Assembly: GCA_965153355.1 (NCBI GenBank)
Contig: OZ231126.1
Coordinates: 18,104,001 to 18,168,000, forward strand
DNA: 64,000 nucleotides
Origin: Flaccisagitta enflata
Lineage: Eukaryota
Direction of reading: 5' to 3'
The notes beneath the pieces were generated by a model, which was given only the letters and a program-made list of their open reading frames with translations, made no database searches and was not told the DNA's origin. The translations under genes were made by a program, and so were the position numbers. Below are positions 40,010-64,000 of the stretch, in pieces; the first letter of the stretch is position 1; each line of letters opens with the position of its first letter.

Positions 40010-41768
40010 GAGAAAGAAAGAAAGAAAGAAAGAAAGAAAAAAAAAAAGAAATTAAAAAAAAGAATGTCAAAAGATTTCATGGTATTGGATAGCACCTGTG
40101 CTGATGCAAAAGTGCAGGAACTATCCGACTATCCGACTCTCCGACTTAAATATTAACATATACTGATAAACAGACTTAAAGTTGCAAAAGTATGAGACTA
40201 TCAGCGTAACTCTACTGGCTCTTACAAGTAATTTTGCATGGCGGCAGGGGGCAGGAGTCTTGAAGTATCTAATGGGATTCGATGACCAATCATTGGAATT
40301 GAGATTTGAGCATCAAAGCTTGGAGATTTTTTGTTAAGAAGCATAAAATCAGGCCAAAAGCGAAGCTTTGGAGATTTTTTGGACCATGGGGCTGTGACTT
40401 GGGTCATGAGAATCAGGGTTTTGCCAAAGGTGGGGGGGGGGAAGGACTAGAAAAGGATAAAGGGGGAGAAGATCAACTATTCCTAAGTTAAAAGCGTCCA
40501 TGGGTCATTGGTTCATTGGGGCCGCTTCATAGAAACTGTCTTGGTGTGACAGGACCAAAAAATGTTTTGTTAAGATAATTGAAGAGTTGCAAATCCGAAT
40601 ATCAATAATTTAAAACCGTATCGATTTTAAACCAGAATCCCAGATAGAACAAGACAACAAGAATAGTAGCTGATAAATAAACGGAGAGATTTTTTTTATA
40701 TCGCCCGCTCCAACAAAAGTTTTCTAATTCGATTTGATTTCTATTTTGACAATTTATTTCATGGTGATAGAATTTCTCAATTCTCATGCACTAGTTAGGT
40801 AAGAAGACGATTCGTTTCTGTGGTTATGAATTTTTGAATCTTTTAGTTCTTAAACCATGTCCGACTTTTTGAAGTACACTGAAACAACGGTGGCATAGTA
40901 CTGTTTCTGTAGAATAAGTTTTTGCCTTTTCAATTTTTACATTCTAAAGAAGATATAAAAACGGTGCACTTCGTTGACTAATACAAGGACCCGCCCCATC
41001 AGATATCGGGATACTGCATAGGTTTCTGCAACTGAATCATGGAAGCAAAAACGATATTGACGGCGTAACAACGTAGCCGCCACTAATAATAAGATACCGC
41101 TTACGTGCAATCGACGATGTCTCTCGAAGCTGACAGGCCATCCTCGTGTTCTTCCTACGCATCTGTTACGATTAACGTCCCCGGCTTTCAAGCGGCATTT
41201 GGTATTTAAACGATTTTATGATTTGATTTAATATCTTTTTTGCTGAATGACGTTTACGTCCTTCGTTCGCGTTCATCGAATTGCCACTTTGTCGATATTT
41301 TTTATAGCACCAGAATCAACAGTACAACTTTTCGTTACTTAAGACCTAACTTAAATTTCGAAGCCCCCGGCGCAAACATATTTGTTGCGCCTGAATATGA
41401 CAGCTAAATGAGACAGTAAGCCTATTCACCTATCACAGGCTTCTACAATCAGCAGATCAGCCCTTGGGCTCTCACTCGGGGACAGGTTAGTCCAACGGCC
41501 ATGAGGTATGCTTAATTTTGGGGGCTTTATGTGATGACACTTTGACATACATAAACAGGTACCAATCATTTGCCCATATCTGTTTTTAGTTGCGGACACG
41601 CAACTCTATAAGAGCCTTTGTCCGTCCGTCCGTCCGTCTGTTGGTCCGTCCGTCAGTCCGTCCGTCCGTCCGTGAACACGAGACGAAAAGTGTAAAAACG
41701 CTCATTTCCGCCCCTGCCCACCCGTCCGCAACTGGTATTGGCCTAGTATCTGGTCTTGTTGGAAAGTA

Positions 41769-42067
41769 CAGGCCTGTATATTCTTGAAAAAAATCAAAGG
41801 GTCTGGAGATGGGGAAGGAAATGAAAGGGGGAAAAAAGAGAAAAAAAGGAAATTTGGGGAAAATATAACTTTTTACAGTACCAAATCATAAAACTCAATT
41901 AGTAAAACACAATTTAACACTATTTAAACCTTAATTACATAGTTTTATTGCTATATGGGGAAGAAAATCATGGATATAAAAACGCAACACGACGCGTCGC
42001 GGGGAAGAAAATCAAAGGCAGGGGGTGGGGAAAAAAATCAAAAGCGACTCAAGAATATACACCCCTG
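41769..42067. mobile_element. hAT-like MITE
   Basis: TIR CAGGCCTGTATATTCTTGA / TCAAGAATATACACCCCTG; perfect 8-bp TSD GGAAAGTA (41761-41768, 42068-42075). Confidence 0.85.
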
Positions 42068-43670
42068 GGAAAGTATTAGTGTTTTGGTTAGACTTAGAGT
42101 CGCGGTAGAGGTTTGCTAAGTTAGTTTTGCTGATTAGAAAACTAGGGGTGACGCGTGTGATAAGAAGTCAGTGAGGGCTCACAAGGCCCTTTTGCATTTA
42201 TCATTTCAGTTTGGGTGCAGTGAGGGATATCGTTCCACTTGTCAATTTGTCATACTACTCAGTACCTTGGATTAGAATGTCCGGCGGTTGCATTGAGCTT
42301 GACCTCGATTCTATCCTTTTGGGGTATGGTTGCTTAACAATATTACCCTTGGGGGATTTGTCGAATTTAGGTTAATCAGGTAACAACCATTTGCCATGAG
42401 GTATGTAAGCATAATTGTTTGGGTTAGACTTAAAACAGATGTTTGCTAAGTTAGTTCGGGTGTTTGCTAATTTAGTTCGTGTTTTACAGAATGGAAAATC
42501 AAGGAGTGATGCGCGTATAAACTAGTCGGTGAGGTCTCACAAGGCCCTCTTCCATATTTTTCAGTTTGGATAAAGTGATGGATATTGTCAGTTGTCATAC
42601 CAACTGCGTTTTTTATCTCAACATGTCTGTTTGCTAGTTCATCTTATCTAACATCCTGTTTTGACGGAATGTGAACGTTTTCAATCAATGCCCCTACATT
42701 CGCCCCAGCTTTACCCGTGTCCATGGCCTATGTCCCCTATATTCGTCCCTGCTTTACCCATGGCCCTGCCCTATGCCCATATCCGCCTGGACGTGGTGAA
42801 GCTTATTATTCAAGAATGTTTATTTTTCACGCAGAAATTGATGCCAATCGGAAGTCGGATGAAATCATCGAGGATCGTAGTCCGAGATCTTCCTTAGCTC
42901 AAAATCCTAGCAGGTGTTCAATATTGTCATTTATTCCGTGACGTGAATTTCCTTGATTTGTTCATAAAGATTTACATGAAGGTGATTATTCCATAATCAT
43001 ATCATTAGCTTAACTACACCGCTTTTAGATTGGACTGTCGCCAAAAGAACCTATATTACTCCAAAACTATTCATAGTAGTTAGTTTTTTTTCCCCTGATA
43101 GATAATTTGATTAAGTTTTGCTACAAGCACAGAATGCCCCACTCATTCAAACATTTGAGCCTCCTACTTAAATAAATGTTGCATATTTCACATTATTCTC
43201 AAAAAACTTTTTGCTTACCTTATTTCATAAAGTTGTCATTTCTTAATGAATTGAGCGAAAATGCTGAGATTGGTTTTGAATTTGAGAGAATTTAATGTAC
43301 TTTACGATCTAAGCTAAGAATAGTCTCACTTATTTCATTTTTGAGCGATTTTAGACAATTTTTCAAAGATTTTTCAAATTATAAGGTTTTTGCAGTGTTT
43401 TGGGTTAAAAATCAGTCATTTATGCTTAAAATAATTCATGTCTCTTTGCGTTTCCATCAAAACTAAAACAATTCCTCTTAACCAACACTGCAGGACCAAT
43501 TTGTTGAAATGGAAGAGCACCTTAGCTATACTAATCTCATTTTCCTTGTGAAATGAGATAATTTCTGGCTGAATCGACCAATTTTTTTCATGAAATTGAA
43601 GTTAATCTATCAACACTGAGACTTTTTTTCTTTTTTTGTAACAAAACTTAATCAAATCAGCTATCTCAGA

Positions 43671-44189
43671 AACAAGGCCGGATACACGGCCATCAGTTGC
43701 GGCAGGGGCGGAAATGCGCGTTTTACCACTTTTCAACTCAATCATTACGAACTGACGGATGGACCGACGGACGGACAGACTGACGGACAGAGCGATGGAC
43801 AAAGCCTCTTATAGAGTTGCGTGTCCGCAACTAAAAATCTAACTCCCCTACTTCCCTAGTTGGCCCGATGAACACCGCTTTTAGATCGGACTGTCGCGAA
43901 AAGAACCTTTTTTAGTTGCGTGTCCGCAACTAAAAAGAATCAGGTGGTTGTCTTTAGTATCCTTTTAGTAACAAAGGTTCTTTTCGCTACAGTCCGATCT
44001 AAAAGCGGTGTTCATCGGGCCAACTAGGGAAGTAGGGGAGTTAGATTTTTAGTTGCGGACACGCAACTCTATAAGAGGCTTTGTCCGTCGGTCCGTCGGT
44101 CCATAATGATCGAGTCGAAAAGTGGGAAAACGCGCATTTCCGCCCCTGCCCACCCGTCCGCAACTGATGGCCGTGTATCCGGCCTTGTT
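43671..44189. repeat. Inverted duplication of a family-A element plus ~75 bp of adjacent DNA
   Basis: Arms ~43671-43911 and ~43974-44189 are reverse complements, including the non-element segment TCTAACTCCCCTACTTCCCTAGTTGGCCCGATGAACACCGC. Confidence 0.85.
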
Positions 44190-44604
44190 TAGTACTGCCA
44201 TCCCAAATTGGTGTCCTGAGATGTTTAGTGTCACTAAAAATGAAAAACATCGATTCCTCCATGCTAAGTTTATGGTGATAAACTACTTTTGTTTGTAATA
44301 GAAAACAATTAGGTTTTGATCAATCAACATTTCACGTTTCTATTTTGTTGTTCAGTGTTAGATTATGACATAGAAGATTCATTCCTGCATCATTTTATCT
44401 TGCAAAATCAACAATTACGGTATCCATTTTATCCTGTGTTTTTTCTTCTTTTTTTCATCATTTTTCTTTTTTTTTTCTTTTTTTTTTCTCTTCTGCTTCC
44501 CTTAATCTCTTCCTTCTTCTTTCAACTTTTTCTCTTTGTCTTCTTGCCTCTCTCTGTCTGTCTGTTTGTTTGTCTGTGTGTCTGTCTGTCTGTCTGTCTC
44601 TCTT

Positions 44605-44672
<68 letters not shown>

Positions 44673-45130
44673 GAAAAATATAGATGTCCCGACAGAAGGT
44701 ACTGACATGGCAGTAGTGGCAGTAGCTACTCCTACGTCCAACAAAATCTGTATGCCAACATACAGTTCATCCTCTGCTTTATTCATATCCTTATCAGTTC
44801 ATTCTTACATTCTTGCATTCATCCATCTATTCATTCATTCATTCATTCATTCATTCATTCATTCATTCATTCATTCATTCATTCATTCGCTTAAGAATGC
44901 AGTTACTCATTAATTCCTTCATAAGTTCATTGATTCAGAAAGTCCCAGTCACACCTGTCGGCTCTGCCAATGTAGATTCTCCTGCTGACATTTATTTGCT
45001 CTTACGGATGTCATCCTTTCTCATGAAGCAGCACTAATGACAAAAAAATAAGAAGAAGCAAAAGCAAATCTAGAGAAAGATTCTCTACTTATAGAACGAC
45101 GACAGTCACTGATGACGTCAATCATCTTTA

Positions 45131-45742
45131 CCGGGTCATCCACCTGAGTTTTCGGATTATGTTAAGCCTGTAATCACAAATGGTAGCAGTCATGTATATG
45201 AAATTGAACTACTCTTAAAAAGTTTACTTTGACGTTTTTTGTGTCAAAATTTCATCCATTTTGGTCAAGTAGTTTGTCTACTGCATGGATTTGAAGTAAA
45301 AGCTGATGTTCTCCGATTGGAAAATTTTTTCATAAAAATCAAAAATTTTGCTTGCATTCATTTTCAATATTTTCAAACAAAATCATTTCAAAAAGACAAG
45401 ATTAGTCCTGAATCAAAGATGAATTGAATAAGAATATTCAATTAGTTTGAATCATCAATTATTCAAGGCTTATCTAGATTAGTGGCTCAGATTGCTCAAA
45501 AAAAAAATGTAATGTTAGCATGAAAAACTTTGGATTTTGATGGAGAATTTGCTCAGTGGGGAAATATGAGGTTTTACTTCAAATCCATGTAAAACGCAAA
45601 CTACTTGACCAAAATGGATGAAATTTTGATACAAAAAACGTCAATGCATACTCTTTAGGACTAGATAAATTTCAATTATATGACTGCAGGCATCAAAGAA
45701 TAAAAGCTTAACATAATCCGACAACTCAGGTGGATGACCCGG
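45131..45742. mobile_element. Tc1/mariner-type MITE
   Basis: TA|CCGGGTCATCCACCTGAGTT ... AACTCAGGTGGATGACCCGG|TA, with long imperfect TIRs. Confidence 0.85.
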
Positions 45743-47305
45743 TATACTACAGCGAGACCTCCGCATAAAGGTTTCGTTGGGACTGTATATTTATGACTAT
45801 AATTTTTTTTAAGAGACATAAGCCTGAAATTTGCCAAAATTTTAAGAACAAAATAAGAGAATGCCTTTGCTGAGATTCAATCTTTGCCATTTTCAAAAAA
45901 AAATGTTTTAGTTCCTCATAAAAAGAATAAAATGAAATATTTTAAAATTTTTCAGAAATATAGGTGGTTTATCTGTAGGCAATTTCTCCAATAAAGTGGG
46001 CCAGCTGAAAAACATGAATTGGCAGCAAAAAAAACATTGTTTTCTTCTACTTATCATTCTGTTGATAATGAAAGCTGTTCTAAGACATCCTTTGGGACAA
46101 AGTTCTCAACATACATCCTTCAAAATCAAGATTTTCATAGGTTAGGAAGCCAAAAGTAGAGCCAAAACAGTCTATTTTCCCTGTCACACTTGTGTCACAC
46201 TTCATATCTACTACAATAAAACTATAAAAGAATTGTCAAGCCTTTCCAACGATAGATCATTTTTGTACCATTGTGATCCCTAAAGAAGCATCAAAAATTT
46301 GGTGAGGACTGGTGGAAATTTACTATGCAAAAATTTCATTTATAGTTGATTTATCAAAAATGATGAAATATCTTATCTTGATATATTAATATATAATACA
46401 TGATAAAACATATTTTAAAGTATGATGTAAAATTTTTTTTGTTCCCTGTTTAGTAAAGACATAACCCAGGTTACATGCCAAATTTCGGAACTTTATGTCA
46501 TTTCTAGCCAGAGATATTGATTTTTTAAGAAAGTGCTCTATCGAGTTAACACCTTGTCACACTTATATCACACTGTCTTTCACAAAAATGTATATAATTG
46601 AACTAAGTTCAAGACTTTAAGTGATTTTTTCAGTATGACTTGAAAAAGTATCAAATTCCGAGCCTGCAACCAAAATTTCAAGGTGATAGATGCAACTATC
46701 ATTGAATTATGTTATTTTTTTCAATATTAACTCAATCAGGCGCTTGATTTTGGCCGGGCCGGTTTATAGGAGAAACTGCCTGTAGGAATAACTAGTAGGA
46801 GCAACCACCAAACGAGTGATATTCTTGCAGGCCGCATTGTGGCAGTTGTAGCAAATTTGATGTTAAGCGATGTTTCCTCATAAAATTTGTCAAAATATTG
46901 ATATTTTAGTGGGGATACGTAGAAATTCTACTGTATCTTGTCCTTTAAAGGCAGGGTATCTGTAAAGGAATTGTTATGAAGATATGATATGACCTTTATG
47001 ATAAATACTCTAGAACGTAGAGGCTCATTCAGAGTGAGAGACTCGCTAGAGATGAGGTTATCAGAATGATTTTGGCACAAATTTCGCCTTTGTGCCGCGT
47101 ATATATTGCCCCAGATCCTTGATATATTCATAAAACGGTTTTACAATGCATTGTAGGGCAAGAGGTGCAAGTGACACGTCAATACAGACCTTGATAATAG
47201 GCTGAAGCCATGAATTGAAGGACCTGAGAGGTCGAGCAAAAACGTCAATCTTCTGTTTTTAGCAACAAGACGATTTGCCCGTTGTCAAAAAGTGCGTCAT
47301 TCGTC

Positions 47306-62704
<15,399 letters not shown>

Positions 62705-62742
62705 GTAAGCTGAAACATTTTGGCTACCTGGCCACTATCTCG

Positions 62743-64000
62743 TTTTTTTTATATATATGATTGTATTCACACATAAATAAATGTGTAGCAGTACAACTAA
62801 CTACAACATCAAGGCATAAGAGTACAGGAGCAATGCAGGAGGCAAATAGATAAACTCAGTTCAAAAGAACATGTGCGAGGTTACACGCATCCAAAGCACG
62901 TAAACGGTTTGAAAATTTCGCGTAGCGTGATTCTATCAATTGTTCCCATGTGGGACGTGACAAAAATTGCTGAAGTGCCGTGACACTCTCAGACCAGCGG
63001 TAGCCAAATAGCCGTCGAAACAGAGAGTTGTATGCCACTCGAAGTTGACGCCGTTCATCGCGGTTGCTGACAGTCACAATCTCGATGCCATAAGTCAGAA
63101 TTGGCACGCAGTGCGATTCAAGAAGCCGCAACATGACAATGTCGTTTGACTTTCCTTCAATTCGGAGTATTGAATTTGCGCAGCGATAGAATTTGCGAAT
63201 GCGTTCGGTGATGCAGCAGTCGAATCCTTTGTTGCTTTTTAGCATGATGCCGAGGTATGGCCACTTATCTGTCCAATCAATCGGTTTGTCGTTCAGTGTG
63301 AGAGTGTGCGTTATATGGATCTTTTTGCCGAAGACCAGATTTCGGGATTTTTTGGCATTTAAGGCAATGTCCCATTCTAAGCAGTACTCGCCACAAACGT
63401 CAAGCAGTAGCTGCAGGCCCTTGATCGACGGTGCCAAAATCGCCATGTCATCTGCGTAGAAGAGGCCAGCTGCAAAATGTTTACCATAGTGGCACCCCTT
63501 ATTCATCTGTTTCAGTTTTTTGATGAGATCGTCGACATAAATGGAGTAAAAGTCTGGCGACAACACACCTCCTTGTCTTACTCCAGCAGAAATATGGAAC
63601 CATTCACTGTAGTGATTGTCCCATTTCACCCGACAAATAAGGCCATCATACCATGAAATGATTATGTCGAGGAACACAAGAGGTGTGTTACGATCAATGA
63701 GTTTGATGAACAGGCCTGAATGAACAAGCCTGTCGAAAGCCTTGCTCGCATCCAGAAATGAGCAAAAGACACGGCTGTCATTGTTTATGTAATATGTCAC
63801 GGTCTCCTTAAGACAGTGAAGCGCGTGAACGGTTGAACTGTTCTTCTTGAACCCGAATTGATGAGAAGATGTTGATAGATGATCAATGTATACGCGCTTA
63901 AGCACATGCTCAAATAGCTTTGACATGATAGGGGAAATGGTGATTCCTCGATAATTATTTGGATCGCCGGCGTTGCCTTGCTGATCTTTGATGATGGGCA
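62743..64000 (-). mobile_element. Non-LTR retrotransposon (LINE) 3' half with open reverse transcriptase ORF (62856 to window end)
   Basis: RT motifs NYRGI, QFGF, FLDASKAFD, GVRQGGVLSP, FYADD and YLG with no stops; short 3'UTR ending in a (TA)n/A-rich tail at ~62743-62758. Clade not determined. Confidence 0.93.

Noticed and set aside
42085-42600. Degenerate ~200-bp direct repeat pair
   Set aside because: Old and diverged, with no termini, TSD or ORF; cannot be classed as an LTR pair.
45809-46948. Possible TTAA-flanked element (also ~50392-50755)
   Set aside because: Terminal inverted match too weak to define the ends.

Overview
Invertebrate (metazoan) genomic DNA with spliced genes, in two contrasting zones. 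Positions 1-16.5 kb are a compact run of four co-oriented minus-strand genes: PTBP (3' end outside the window), CCZ1, EMC3 (with a 3.4-kb palindromic element in a GC-AG intron) and an FRS2/GAB-type phosphotyrosine docking protein with no visible PTB/PH domain. Positions 16.5-64 kb are repeat-rich. They hold a plus-strand type II transmembrane collectin-like gene (TM, collagen, C-type lectin) and a plus-strand chitin synthase that runs off the window end, with a LINE reverse transcriptase in its last visible intron. The collectin locus is heavily rearranged. Its predicted first intron carries an ~11-kb block flanked by an exact 62-bp direct duplication, bounded by the two ends of a Helentron/DINE-1-like element and containing foreign exon-like segments. 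Its last coding exon is split by a 5.4-kb hAT-like element, inside which sits a Transib-like element with a 5-bp TSD and an RSS-like (heptamer-23-nonamer) end. Many MITEs (Tc1/mariner-, hAT-, Kolobok-, Chapaev-like) and Helentron-type repeats with internal satellites are present. All exon models were built by eye from splice signals, phase and remembered family motifs; no searches were run.
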